DNA of 25,720 bases from an uncultured Bacilli bacterium. GTDB lineage: Bacteria; Bacillota_I; Bacilli_A; RF39; UBA660. Location of the stretch: the NCBI GenBank assembly GCA_947631885.1, contig CANRMZ010000001.1, positions 1 through 25,720 on the forward strand, in the 5' to 3' direction. The notes under the pieces were generated by a model. That model had not been told where the DNA came from and did not search any database. It was given only the letters and a program-made list of their open reading frames with translations. The position numbers and the translations under genes were made by a program. This document shows positions 1 through 9,393 of this stretch, piece after piece; positions within the stretch are counted from its first letter, which is position 1; each line of letters starts with the position of its first letter.

Positions 1-1013
1 CTTACCCAAGTATATTTATATTTAGGATGTGGCACTAAATTAGATACTGCCTCTCTATCATCAATAATACGATTCAATATATCTTCTGGACTCCATTGTG
101 TTCCAACAAACACATAAGTAACAGGGTCTTCTGTACGTCTATTAAACCATTCTGTATTCCACGAATTATAAAGCTGTTCATGAATAGAAACGTTATTTGC
201 CTCTTGTGCTCCTTTTGTCATATCATCGAAGATTTCTGCAAAAGATGCACGTTCACCAGTCGTCGCTCCAAAACGAGTACGTGCGATATGATTTGATTTT
301 GCTACAGGAGCATTTTTTATTTTCCAATCGGATTCACGTTCTACATCAAAAGGTTTTCCATTAAATGGAATAAATTCTTTAAATATCTTTGCAAATTTTG
401 GATCTGATACATAAGATTTCACTGTTCTACTAAAACCTAACACCAATTCATCTGAATAAGATAATCTTAAAATAGAATTTTTAGTATTCATTCCGATTGC
501 CCATGCACTATATAAGTTCGATATATACGACTTACCAAGTGATGGTGGAAAAGATGCAACAATATATTCTAATTTAGGATTAAAGGCACTTTCATTTAAA
601 GCCCATACAAAAGATGCAAGAATATCCTTTCTATTTTCATATACTTTTTTAGGCATGTCCCATTCCATGCAATCAATAAAACATTCAAAATCTCTTCTTG
701 CACTAAATTCGTATAAAGACTTATAAATATCATAGAAGTCACCCATAAATTCCACAGAAGCTTCTTTGACTAAATCTCTGAGTATTGGAATAAAGTTTTT
801 CTTGGAATATAAACACGCTTTTCTATCTTCTTTGGTAAACCAATCTTCTAAAACACTTACGGTCATTTCAGCAACATCTATTTTCTGTGATTCTACTATT
901 TTTTTATTTTTTAAAATTTCAATTGCATCTTTTAAAATACTTTCATATTTTGTTTCTTGTTCTTCTTGCTTTGGCTTTTTAATCTCGATTTTATCGCCAA
1001 TTTTAAAAGCCAT
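1..1013 (-). CDS. terL: Terminase large subunit, N-terminal ATPase part (runs off the left edge; absent from the ORF track)
   Basis: Manual translation from ATG 1013 (RBS AAGGAG) is open to base 1. It shows Walker A IVASFPPSLGKSY, LSYSDELV, GATTGERASFAEIFDD (Walker B) and FVGTQWSPEDIL (coupling motif). Confidence 0.88.
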   Translation of the reverse strand, partial: MAFKIGDKIEIKKPKQEEQETKYESILKDAIEILKNKKIVESQKIDVAEMTVSVLEDWFTKEDRKACLYSKKNFIPILRDLVKEASVEFMGDFYDIYKSLYEFSARRDFECFIDCMEWDMPKKVYENRKDILASFVWALNESAFNPKLEYIVASFPPSLGKSYISNLYSAWAIGMNTKNSILRLSYSDELVLGFSRTVKSYVSDPKFAKIFKEFIPFNGKPFDVERESDWKIKNAPVAKSNHIARTRFGATTGERASFAEIFDDMTKGAQEANNVSIHEQLYNSWNTEWFNRRTEDPVTYVFVGTQWSPEDILNRIIDDREAVSNLVPHPKYKYTWV

Positions 1014-1022
1014 TTATTCTCC

Positions 1023-1214
1023 TTAATTTTTGAAATAACTACCCACTATCGTAAGCATTAAGTTTATCACTAAAGCCATTGGATATGTGAAAGTAAAATC
1101 TATTGAAAATATACTAATAAATAGTAACCCTACTCCCCATACTATCAACGCAGATAAACAAAATAACCCAATATATATCAAGATTGCCAGTAGTACACAT
1201 ATTGTTCCCTTCAT
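1023..1214 (-). CDS. Small membrane protein (two hydrophobic segments)
   Basis: 63 aa, strongly hydrophobic, translationally coupled to its neighbours. Confidence 0.7.
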   Translation of the reverse strand: MKGTICVLLAILIYIGLFCLSALIVWGVGLLFISIFSIDFTFTYPMALVINLMLTIVGSYFKN

Positions 1215-1399
1215 TACTTCTTCTTTCTATATGTCCCGTCTTTTTTACTATTCCAAACTTTCTTTGGAAACCACTTTCTATTTAATTCGTATAATTTGGT
1301 AGTTAACTGGTTTCTTTTGTATCCAGTTGCTACAGAAAGCTCTTGCTCTAATTCTTCTTTTTTTCTTTGCATTTTTGCAAGTAATAAATTTCCTATCAT
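1214..1399 (-). CDS. Hypothetical basic protein (start reassigned to 1399)
   Basis: ATGA overlap with the stop of the upstream gene at 1396-1399; MIGNLLLAKMQ... Confidence 0.6.
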   Translation of the reverse strand: MIGNLLLAKMQRKKEELEQELSVATGYKRNQLTTKLYELNRKWFPKKVWNSKKDGTYRKKK

Positions 1400-1698
1400 T
1401 TTCTCACTTTCTTTTTCATTTCTTCTAATTCTTTTATTCCATTTTTTGACTTTGGTGGTGCAACCATATTTACTAAAGTATCTTCTTTTAAACCAAGTGC
1501 TTTTTCCCATATTACTAATTGTTTTGGTCTTAAATTATGAAGTTTCAATTGATTTAAAAAATTACTTATATTTTGTTTAGTTGTTTTGGTTTTAATTCCT
1601 GCATGTTCTTTTACTTTATTGATTTCTTCTGCAAATTTAGATAAACTCCATTTTTTCTTTTTTAAAATATCTCTGATAAATTCTTCTACTGGTATCAT
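1396..1698 (-). CDS. XRE-type helix-turn-helix protein
   Basis: IRDILKKKKWSLSKFAEEIN...TKQNISNFLN matches the XRE HTH pattern. Confidence 0.7.
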   Translation of the reverse strand: MIPVEEFIRDILKKKKWSLSKFAEEINKVKEHAGIKTKTTKQNISNFLNQLKLHNLRPKQLVIWEKALGLKEDTLVNMVAPPKSKNGIKELEEMKKKVRK

Positions 1699-2180
1699 TC
1701 TAAAAATCTTTCTCTATAAATTGTATCTTTAAATTCTTCGTAAAGGTCTTTCGTTACTCTTTTCCCTTTCATTGCAATATAAGGGTTAAATGTAAAAAAG
1801 AACGTCCTTCCTTCACGATGTTTATGTATCACATCTAAATCAATAAGTGTCTTTATGATATTAGACCCACTTCTTCTTTTTCTTTTTAGGATAGTAGACA
1901 AGCCTCGTGGACGTATAATTTTTCCGTTATGATAAGTTAAAATTCCTGTAGTATAGTCTACATAGGGCATTAAATCCCAAATTTCACTTGCATATTTACT
2001 TAATTTTGTCATTGCACTGATACTCACTTTATAAAACTTTAGATTAATAAACACCGTACCTTTTAAATATTCAATAGTAGCTCCTCTAATGATACGGTCT
2101 GAGGGACCTAAAACAGTGGCAAATTTTCCTTCTTCTATTTGTTCAAGGACTTCGCCCGTTTCATCTACTATATATTGCAT
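1695..2180 (-). CDS. RepL-like winged-helix DNA-binding protein
   Basis: C-terminal IIKTLIDLDVI...FFTFNPYIAMKG resembles the Firmicutes RepL/wHTH family; recognised from memory. Confidence 0.5.
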   Translation of the reverse strand: MQYIVDETGEVLEQIEEGKFATVLGPSDRIIRGATIEYLKGTVFINLKFYKVSISAMTKLSKYASEIWDLMPYVDYTTGILTYHNGKIIRPRGLSTILKRKRRSGSNIIKTLIDLDVIHKHREGRTFFFTFNPYIAMKGKRVTKDLYEEFKDTIYRERFLE

Positions 2181-2794
2181 TATTCGTGATGTTCTTGTAA
2201 CTTTCCATCTTTCATTCTCACATATTTTGTGATTTTATTTTTAAAATTTAAGACAAAACCCTCTACGTTTCGATTCACTTTATTACAATATTTCTCATAA
2301 AGACTATCCAAATGTTCCTTATTTGGTAAAACATTTAATTCGGCTACTTCTGGTACAATACCAATACATTTTGGAATTTCTTGCGATTCAAAAGCATACA
2401 TAAAATTCTCATGGTCGTATTGTAGATTGCTTAGTCCAAAGTTTTCTCCAATTCTTCCTTTAGCAAACATATAGAATCTTTTATCAAATTCATCTATTGG
2501 ATATTTAATCTGCCCCATTCCAATCCATTCTCCACATACAGCTGAACCCTCATAAATATCTTCTAAAGCATCTTTGTTATCTATTACCCATTGATAAAGT
2601 CCTTTATACATTATAGATTGATTTTCTTCCATTTCATCTATCGGAAAAATATTTTTTCTCTGTGCAATGTAAATTTTGCCTTCTAATTTAAAAAATACTA
2701 AGTTACTTCCATCTAACTTTTCTGTTAAATAAATTTTATCTCCTGTACAACTTGCTCGTTGTGTTTTTGGATAAATTTCTCTTTTTATTGTCAT
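2180..2794 (-). CDS. RNA ligase, Rnl2-like nucleotidyltransferase domain
   Basis: Motif I TEKLDGSN, III GEWIG, IIIa FYMF, IV EGFVL, V KYVRMK. Confidence 0.82.
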   Translation of the reverse strand: MTIKREIYPKTQRASCTGDKIYLTEKLDGSNLVFFKLEGKIYIAQRKNIFPIDEMEENQSIMYKGLYQWVIDNKDALEDIYEGSAVCGEWIGMGQIKYPIDEFDKRFYMFAKGRIGENFGLSNLQYDHENFMYAFESQEIPKCIGIVPEVAELNVLPNKEHLDSLYEKYCNKVNRNVEGFVLNFKNKITKYVRMKDGKLQEHHE

Positions 2795-3006
2795 TTTCTT
2801 GTTTTCTTTCTTTTTATCGTCTCTTCTAAATCTATCATATCATAGATCATATCTTGATTAAGTTTTACATCGTGTTTGATTACAATTACTCTGGTGTATA
2901 CACCTCTATCTACTTGATTGATACACCATCTTACTTGCTCATCGTTATAGGCATATGATACTAACTCGTACCCATGTAAACCCCAAGCATATATCCTATA
3001 AATCAA
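2791..3006 (-). CDS. Hypothetical phage protein
   Basis: 71 aa, overlapping start/stop coupling. Confidence 0.65.
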   Translation of the reverse strand: MIYRIYAWGLHGYELVSYAYNDEQVRWCINQVDRGVYTRVIVIKHDVKLNQDMIYDMIDLEETIKRKKTRK

Positions 3007-3340
3007 TTATTCCTCCCATTTTTTTAAAATAACATTCCGTTATGCTATGAATCATGTCGTGAGAACATGAACTTATATTACATAAAATTTCTTCATCAAA
3101 TTGCTGTACTTCTTCCATAAAACACTGAATGTATACATGTGTTAGTTCATGCATTAAAGTTTTTCTCTTTTGTTCTTCGCATATATCTTTACAAATATAA
3201 ACTTTTTGATAAGTGTATACTGTAATACCATAAACATAATCTCCATCACTATAAGAATTGCACTTTTTTGATATATCTATCATTTCATCTTGAGAAACTT
3301 CTTTTATTTCCCAAGTACGATTATTCATTTTAAATGTCAT
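2996..3340 (-). CDS. HExxH zinc metallopeptidase-like protein (start reassigned to 3340)
   Basis: KTLMHELTHVYI...DEE motif; ATGA overlap at 3337-3340. Confidence 0.7.
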   Translation of the reverse strand: MTFKMNNRTWEIKEVSQDEMIDISKKCNSYSDGDYVYGITVYTYQKVYICKDICEEQKRKTLMHELTHVYIQCFMEEVQQFDEEILCNISSCSHDMIHSITECYFKKMGGIIDL

Positions 3341-3537
3341 TTTAAATCTACTACCACCCAAAACACATAATGTGGTTTTTTATCTTCTTCTGTTTTAAAT
3401 TCATTTTTTCTTACTTGTATACGAAAAGATTCTGCATGACAAGCCTCACACATTTTGGTAATCTCTTCTAATGATATTTCTGGGCTCATATAATTTTCAC
3501 CATAATACTTAAATAAAGCTAATGCTTCCGATTTCAT
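3337..3537 (-). CDS. Hypothetical protein
   Basis: 66 aa in the coupled gene string. Confidence 0.65.
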   Translation of the reverse strand: MKSEALALFKYYGENYMSPEISLEEITKMCEACHAESFRIQVRKNEFKTEEDKKPHYVFWVVVDLK

Positions 3538-3777
3538 TTATTCTCCATATCCATTATTAAGGCAATCTATACAAATACATTCATTTCCAATATACCTTAA
3601 ATCTTCATATCTTTTTAATTCATTGCAATTATCACAAACGTGAAAATCTCTTATATCTTCACAACTCACACAACTCGCACAATGAGTTCCATCTACTTCA
3701 AAGTGACTAATGTCGCACTCATATCTTCCGTTTCCTTTTTCTGTGGCATGTATACAAGTTTCACATTTAGTAGACAT
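3538..3777 (-). CDS. Cys-rich putative zinc-binding protein (start reassigned to 3777)
   Basis: RBS GGAGG plus TAATG coupling; several CxxC motifs (CETC, CASC, CDNC, CIDC). Confidence 0.65.
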   Translation of the reverse strand: MSTKCETCIHATEKGNGRYECDISHFEVDGTHCASCVSCEDIRDFHVCDNCNELKRYEDLRYIGNECICIDCLNNGYGE

Positions 3778-4559
3778 TAATCCTCCACCACTAAAACATT
3801 TACTGTTTTTGTTAATATTGTACAACCATCTATAAATATCTTGTTATCATCTGTTTTTAATATGGAATTATCGTCAAAATCTTTCGTATCGATTTGCCAC
3901 ATTTTTCTTAAATGACCTGTACCAAAATGACCTACAACAATTGTTTTGTTTGTTGGATTCTTCTTTGTAATAAAACTGCCATCATCCCAAGTTAAGGCTT
4001 GCCAATCTGTAAATCCAAGATGTTCACAGTGTGGTTTACGCCAATCTTCAGCATAGGTATCAATGGATGCATGTGTAAATATATCATTTTCCGTTTCATA
4101 ATAATATGGTAAATTTTTTATCCATTCTAATAAATCAGGATATTCCTCATTAATCTCTTTCCGTGCTTTTGCAATCCATTTGCCAAAATCACTATATAAT
4201 GGGTTATCAATATTGTTTTCTATCAAGCACCATGATTCAAAGGGAGAAGTACGATGTAACAAGTCTGCTAGTGTTTCATTCACTCCATTTCTATAATAAT
4301 TAAATGGACTTGTGATTGAACCATCCAAGTACCCTTCTAACATTGGTTCGTGATTTCCTTTCAAACAAATTGCCTTGCCCTCATCATTTAATCTCTTTAA
4401 ATATAGATAGACTTCTCTTGACTCACTTCCTCTATCAAACATGTCTCCCAAGCTAATCAATTTATGATCCAAATTGTTTTCATCATAACCCGCTTTATTT
4501 AAAGCGCCTATCAATTCATTAAAATGTCCGTGTATATCGCTTACTACAAAATATTTCAT
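3777..4559 (-). CDS. Calcineurin-like metallophosphoesterase (NinI/PPP-like)
   Basis: SDIHG, GDMFDRG, GNHE, FTHA and GH motifs. Confidence 0.9.
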   Translation of the reverse strand: MKYFVVSDIHGHFNELIGALNKAGYDENNLDHKLISLGDMFDRGSESREVYLYLKRLNDEGKAICLKGNHEPMLEGYLDGSITSPFNYYRNGVNETLADLLHRTSPFESWCLIENNIDNPLYSDFGKWIAKARKEINEEYPDLLEWIKNLPYYYETENDIFTHASIDTYAEDWRKPHCEHLGFTDWQALTWDDGSFITKKNPTNKTIVVGHFGTGHLRKMWQIDTKDFDDNSILKTDDNKIFIDGCTILTKTVNVLVVED

Positions 4560-4577
4560 TTTTATCCTTTCACATAA

Positions 4578-4748
4578 TTATTTAAAATACTTTTCACACT
4601 CTTTTAATATTACATTATCCGTAGCATAAATTTCATAACATTTATTTTGGGTAATATCATTATTGCAATAATGAAGTGCACCAAATATTCCCAAACACAT
4701 AGTTGCTAAAGCTATAAGCATTATTAAAAATTCATCAAAATCGTCCAT
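4578..4748 (-). CDS. Small membrane protein, 56 aa (not in the ORF track)
   Basis: Manual translation MDDFDEFLIMLIALATMCLGIFGALHYC...; TAATG coupling with a GAGG RBS. Confidence 0.55.
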   Translation of the reverse strand: MDDFDEFLIMLIALATMCLGIFGALHYCNNDITQNKCYEIYATDNVILKECEKYFK

Positions 4749-4942
4749 TATTCCTCTTTCTTGTTATCCCTTTCATAAATTCTCTTTAAATCCGCTAACA
4801 AAGAATCGATTGTTAAATCTTCCACTTCTTCAATCAATGTTTCAATCAACATTTCTATACCTAACAACATGGTAACATATGGTGTTCCTTTATCCACAAG
4901 TAATGTAGCATTATTATCGTCTACTGTTTTAATAGTTATCAT
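4748..4942 (-). CDS. Hypothetical protein
   Basis: 64 aa in the coupled gene string. Confidence 0.65.
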   Translation of the reverse strand: MITIKTVDDNNATLLVDKGTPYVTMLLGIEMLIETLIEEVEDLTIDSLLADLKRIYERDNKKEE

Positions 4943-5075
4943 TATCTTTTCCTTCCTTATTTCTTAATAACCAATTTTCAAAATTAAGTCTTTCTATTTT
5001 TCTGCCTAATATTACAAAAAGTTGAGTTACAGAAAACCCTAAAATAACCCCGATAATAATTAATATAATACTCAT
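4929..5075 (-). CDS. Small single-pass membrane protein (start reassigned to 5075)
   Basis: MSIILIIIGVILGFSVTQLFVIL hydrophobic N-terminus. Confidence 0.55.
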   Translation of the reverse strand: MSIILIIIGVILGFSVTQLFVILGRKIERLNFENWLLRNKEGKDNDNY

Positions 5076-5079
5076 TATC

Positions 5080-5277
5080 TTACACTTTCCCTGCTTTATC
5101 AATTCTTTGCTCAGCACTTTCTAACGCACTTGATAATTTGTCATTAATATTATTCAATTCAACAATTTTTTGTTGTAACTCAATATAAACTGATACCAAC
5201 TCATTAAAAGCATTTCTGTCGCCTACATAAACCATTTGTAATTTTGCTGTAAATTCTTCTATAGTCATTTTATTCAT
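5080..5277 (-). CDS. Hypothetical coiled-coil protein
   Basis: 65 aa with a heptad-like C-terminal half. Confidence 0.6.
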   Translation of the reverse strand: MNKMTIEEFTAKLQMVYVGDRNAFNELVSVYIELQQKIVELNNINDKLSSALESAEQRIDKAGKV

Positions 5278-5638
5278 CTCCTATCTTATAGCAATTATTT
5301 TCAAAACATTCTTTAGTTAAAATTGTTTTAATTAAATCATTTGCAACACTTTTATCTATATATAAGTGTGTATCTACAAGCATAATCTCATTATCTGTTA
5401 TTTTTTCTACTTCAACACCATTAACATAATCTCCAACTTCAATTAAATCTATAATATTATGACTTGCTTTTATAATGTTTTTTAAACTCACCCCTCTTAC
5501 ATTATTAGCCTCTTTGTCAATAAATATTCCTGCCCATGCTTTATCAGGATAGTCTGCATTAACACTCGTTATTTTTCGTATATAATGATTACCACGTTTA
5601 TCTTTAAATCTAACATACATTCCTGCTTCTAATTTCAT
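5270..5638 (-). CDS. Hypothetical phage protein
   Basis: 122 aa in the coupled gene string. Confidence 0.7.
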   Translation of the reverse strand: MKLEAGMYVRFKDKRGNHYIRKITSVNADYPDKAWAGIFIDKEANNVRGVSLKNIIKASHNIIDLIEVGDYVNGVEVEKITDNEIMLVDTHLYIDKSVANDLIKTILTKECFENNCYKIGDE

Positions 5639-6024
5639 AAATCTAACTCCTCTAATGTATATTCTTTATTTAATTTCATGTTTTCATACATTTCGTTTTC
5701 TTCCATAAAATGTGGAAAATATAAGTCACCATCATCATGATTAATTATAATTTGAAAGCCAAAATGGTCTTCTTCTTTTTTGATATAGCATACGTTACCT
5801 CTAAAAGGTGCTACAACTCCACTTAAATATTTTCTTTCTTTTTCAGTAAGTATTGGTTCTTCTACTTCTAAAGTTAGTTTTATCTTTTTATCTTTATTTT
5901 TAATGATGAAATCTTTTTCGTTTTCTTCAAAGTAATAATATGGATTTAATAGTAAAAAATCATAACCACAATTGTCTTCATTAAAACCATAATTACATAT
6001 ACTAACTTCTTTTTCTAATTTCAT
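5635..6024 (-). CDS. Hypothetical phage protein
   Basis: 129 aa, RBS GGAAGTG. Confidence 0.7.
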   Translation of the reverse strand: MKLEKEVSICNYGFNEDNCGYDFLLLNPYYYFEENEKDFIIKNKDKKIKLTLEVEEPILTEKERKYLSGVVAPFRGNVCYIKKEEDHFGFQIIINHDDGDLYFPHFMEENEMYENMKLNKEYTLEELDL

Positions 6025-6038
6025 TTTATTTCACTTCC

Positions 6039-6392
6039 TTATCTAACATAAACTATTTCATTTTCTGGACAAAACCAAATTCTTCCATCAGCTTCTTGAA
6101 TATGTACTGTCATACTTCTTCCAGTTGGTTTGAAATGCTTAATGACTATTCCTTTATGTCCATCATAAGTTTCAACATTTTTTCCTATTCTAAATATAAG
6201 AATAGGTTGAAAGAATCCGCTTCCTATCATATTAGTTGGATATAGCATTTGGATTAACATTCTCCAATCACTATTTTCTAATTCTCTTACATTAGTTTTA
6301 ACAACTCGTGCTATTTCTTTTTCAGTAAAGTCATAATATACTACTCTTCCTCCAGCTTCTATATATTTTTTATCTTCTTCTTTATAATTCAT
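6039..6392 (-). CDS. Hypothetical phage protein
   Basis: 117 aa, ATAA overlap with the upstream stop. Confidence 0.7.
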   Translation of the reverse strand: MNYKEEDKKYIEAGGRVVYYDFTEKEIARVVKTNVRELENSDWRMLIQMLYPTNMIGSGFFQPILIFRIGKNVETYDGHKGIVIKHFKPTGRSMTVHIQEADGRIWFCPENEIVYVR

Positions 6393-7180
6393 TTTATTTC
6401 TTCTAACCTTTCTTTTAAGTGTTTTTGATTTTTAATAAGCTGATTGATTTTAATTATTAATGTTTCAAGATAAAAATCTAATATTTTTGCAACTTCTTCT
6501 GACATACCTGTTGGTTTGTTATAAAATTTAAAATTGTCTTCTTCTTGTAATTCTTCTATATCTTCCCACTCATCATTGTTATCTTCTTTATAATTAATAC
6601 ATTGTTCAATTACCGATTTAACATCTTCAAAAATTTCTTTTGTAGTCCATTTTTTTTGTGTTTGTAGTTCTTCTGGAAATAAACCACTATAATCACTAAA
6701 ATGTGCATAGTCCCATCCGATAAACCAGCCAATTATCAATCCAGTATCAATAACTAAATGGTCTGCACTGTAAGTTAAACCACCATGAACATCTATATCA
6801 ATCTTGCCATAATATTTTCCATTTAATAATTGATTGTTACTAACATCGACATAAGCTGTAGGATGCGTTCCTAAATTCATAATATAAAAATCATAACCTT
6901 TGTAAGTTCCGCTGTATAAAACTTCTGTTTTTCTGTCTTTTTGATATACCATTTCTTTCATTTTATTTTCTTCTGATAGAATTTCAATTGTATCATTTAA
7001 CATTGCATATCCTCCAGCAAGTTTATGATATAAGTCATTTGAAACATCATACACTTTATTTGCAAGATAATAATGATTTCCATATAATTCAAAAATGTCA
7101 TCATAAATTTTTATTTTTTTGGGAGCTTCATCATCTTTAATAAGCCCCAATAACTCATACATTGTAATTATTTTTTTCAT
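6389..7180 (-). CDS. Multi-domain hypothetical phage protein
   Basis: 263 aa; central HPTAYV...VHGGLTYS...WFIGWDYAH block typical of small phage proteins. Confidence 0.75.
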   Translation of the reverse strand: MKKIITMYELLGLIKDDEAPKKIKIYDDIFELYGNHYYLANKVYDVSNDLYHKLAGGYAMLNDTIEILSEENKMKEMVYQKDRKTEVLYSGTYKGYDFYIMNLGTHPTAYVDVSNNQLLNGKYYGKIDIDVHGGLTYSADHLVIDTGLIIGWFIGWDYAHFSDYSGLFPEELQTQKKWTTKEIFEDVKSVIEQCINYKEDNNDEWEDIEELQEEDNFKFYNKPTGMSEEVAKILDFYLETLIIKINQLIKNQKHLKERLEEIK

Positions 7181-7188
7181 CTTTAAAA

Positions 7189-7377
7189 CTACTCCTCCAA
7201 TGATATGATATCTTCTTGTTTACCTGTAAAATATGCTGATTGTTCAATAACATCATCTTCATCACCTTTCATAAGTTTTTCAATAGCCTCTTCTTTAGAA
7301 GTCGCTGTAACAACTCCCCATTCAGTGCCTTCTATTTTTCTTGTAAACGTGTACTCTTTCTCTTCTACATTTTCCAT
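7189..7377 (-). CDS. Small acidic hypothetical protein
   Basis: 62 aa containing VTATSKEEAIEKL, a common phage small-protein pattern. Confidence 0.6.
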   Translation of the reverse strand: MENVEEKEYTFTRKIEGTEWGVVTATSKEEAIEKLMKGDEDDVIEQSAYFTGKQEDIISLEE

Positions 7378-7823
7378 TAGTTCATCTTTCCTTTCTCATT
7401 TTTATCATTTTACACATCGAATTTTACATACCTCAATGTCGTTCAATGCCCAAATTTGCATTTTTTGCATCATATTTATGTCATTTTTTGCCACAATTAA
7501 ATTTGCGTTTTCCTCAATGTTTATAAGGGTTTGTAGCCAATTTTTTTCATTTTTGTATATAGGTATTTTTTCGCATTATTTTGACAAAAATTCTATTCTA
7601 TTTTCATTTTGCTTACATTCGCATTTTAACATTATAAATACTACCTATTCACTCCCGTATTTTGTCTATGATAGAGAAATAAAGGGGTAAATAAGACCCC
7701 CAGCCCATTCTTAAAAATAGGGATGGGGCGGTTAAAATGCAAAAACGGTCGTTTATGTGCAAGCAAAAACCCCATAAATAAAGGGATTGTAAGCAAAATG
7801 AATAAAAAAAGAACAACATCATA

Positions 7824-7991
7824 TGATCTGATCTTGTTCATTATTATTAAAAAAGAATTTTTGTATTCCATTTTGGAATGTGATACAAGAATACACTTCT
7901 GTTACTTCCCTCGCTATTTTCCTACTGATCTGATCCATCTGATCCATCATTATGATCTTGTCTTGAACTGATCACTCCTTTGATCTTGATC
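7824..7991. repeat. Cluster of nine TGATC pentamers in two groups
   Basis: TGATC at 7824, 7829, then a 92-bp gap, then 7926, 7931, 7940, 7953, 7969, 7981, 7987. Confidence 0.9.
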
Positions 7992-8174
7992 ACATTCCTA
8001 ATATACTAATTATATCAAACAAAATAATGCGAAAAGTATAATATACACCTTATTATCGTAATACATTTATGTGTACAATATGCAAAAACAAATATGTCCA
8101 TAAAACCAGCATATTATATGCCTTATTTGTGGTGTATTATATTTAAAATATATTTGATTTTTATACATTATTTA

Positions 8175-8203
8175 TTGACATTTATGTGTATATATGATAT
8201 ACT
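8175..8203 (+). promoter_or_regulatory. Near-consensus sigma70/sigmaA promoter of the plus-strand cassette
   Basis: TTGACA-17 nt-TATACT with an extended TG. The 13-bp repeat ACATTTATGTGTA occurs at 8063 and 8178, the second copy overlapping the -35. Confidence 0.8.
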
Positions 8204-8335
8204 GTATATGTAATAAAGAAATGAAAGTATTTATTACAAAATGGAAAGTATAGAAAAGGTTTTAATCTCAAAAGTTCGTAACCTAACAGGGGGTTTTAAA
8301 AAACGGGGGTTTGGTTATAAGAAAGGAGTAAAAAG

Positions 8336-8521
8336 ATGAGATTAAGACTAAAAAAAGAATACTTAATATTAATAACTGTAGTTCTTACACTATCAATTGA
8401 AAACTTAATTATAAAACCAACGTTTGAAAACATAAATAAAAAGATAGAACAGTGCGATGAGTTCATGCAACACGCCTGCTCTATCTACGAACTACGCGAT
8501 TACTTTTACAATAATCGCTGA
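8336..8521 (+). CDS. Small protein with N-terminal hydrophobic segment
   Basis: RBS AAAGGAG; first gene after the promoter. Confidence 0.7.
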   Translation: MRLRLKKEYLILITVVLTLSIENLIIKPTFENINKKIEQCDEFMQHACSIYELRDYFYNNR

Positions 8522-8626
8522 TACAAGAGGTTAAACCTTTCTTGCTATTCCATTATAAAAAATATTCTATAAAAAGTCAACGGCGAATCCACAAGATGTT
8601 AAAAAAAGAAAGAGAGTTAATGGAAT

Positions 8627-8851
8627 ATGAAAACAGTAAAAGAAATTAAAAAAGAATTGAAAGGACTTGGACTATTTGAAACATTGCAAGTTGGCAATCA
8701 AGTAATCATGAAATGCACTTCTGATTATGCAATGAGACATGCAGGAGATGAAAGTGATCCAATGAGAGATTATTCAGCTTATGTATATGGTTTTAAGTTA
8801 AAATGGGTTATTAATAGCTTATTAAGTGATAAGTTAATAAAGGAGGCTTAA
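8627..8851 (+). CDS. Hypothetical protein
   Basis: 74 aa, same operon. Confidence 0.65.
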   Translation: MKTVKEIKKELKGLGLFETLQVGNQVIMKCTSDYAMRHAGDESDPMRDYSAYVYGFKLKWVINSLLSDKLIKEA

Positions 8852-8853
8852 TC

Positions 8854-9189
8854 ATGAATCATGTAATATTAATCGGAAGAATTGCAAACGATATTGAAAA
8901 AATAGAAGATCATGGCACCTTTCGTACCGCTTTGAATCTTGCTGTACAAAGAAATTATAAAAACATCGATGGTATCTATGAAACGGATTTTATTCCATGT
9001 ATTTTATGGAACGGAATCGCAGAACGTGCCAATGAATACTGTAAAAAAGGTGACATCGTATGTATTCGCGGACGTTTACAAACAAGAAAATATGTTAATG
9101 AACACGATGAAACAGAATATTCAATGGAAGTTATTGCTGAAACAATCTCATTTGTGTCAAGCTATCATTCAGAAAAGAAAGAGGCATAA
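8854..9189 (+). CDS. ssb: Single-stranded DNA-binding protein, short form without acidic tail
   Basis: MNHVILIGRI...LAVQRNYKN.DG.YETDFIPC.LW...GRLQTRKY...EVIAETISF; ends SEKKEA. Confidence 0.92.
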   Translation: MNHVILIGRIANDIEKIEDHGTFRTALNLAVQRNYKNIDGIYETDFIPCILWNGIAERANEYCKKGDIVCIRGRLQTRKYVNEHDETEYSMEVIAETISFVSSYHSEKKEA

Positions 9190-9192
9190 ATT

Positions 9193-9390
9193 ATGAAAGA
9201 AAAAATGCAATATAATGTTGTTTTAGAAGATAATCAAAAATTTGTTTTAGCAAGTTGTCCTTCTCTTGAATTTGCAGAAAATTATTTAAAAGAGATGTAC
9301 AAAATAGATAAGCAACTTGCAAAGCATTATAATTGGAGTAAAATTCCAAAATACAAAATAATTGAAATTATTAAAGGAGAAGAGGCATAA
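9193..9390 (+). CDS. Hypothetical protein
   Basis: 65 aa, GAGG RBS. Confidence 0.65.
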   Translation: MKEKMQYNVVLEDNQKFVLASCPSLEFAENYLKEMYKIDKQLAKHYNWSKIPKYKIIEIIKGEEA

Positions 9391-9393
9391 ATT

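Noticed and set aside
96-1580. Plus-strand ORFs 96..296, 766..1026, 1087..1302, 1296..1580
   Set aside because: Shadow frames antisense to terL and the coupled minus-strand genes; no RBS and a composition typical of reverse frames.
7205-7971. ORFs 7205..7690 (+), 7641..7871 (-), 7723..7971 (+)
   Set aside because: Low-complexity F/S/I-rich translations across an intergenic, repeat-bearing region; no convincing starts.
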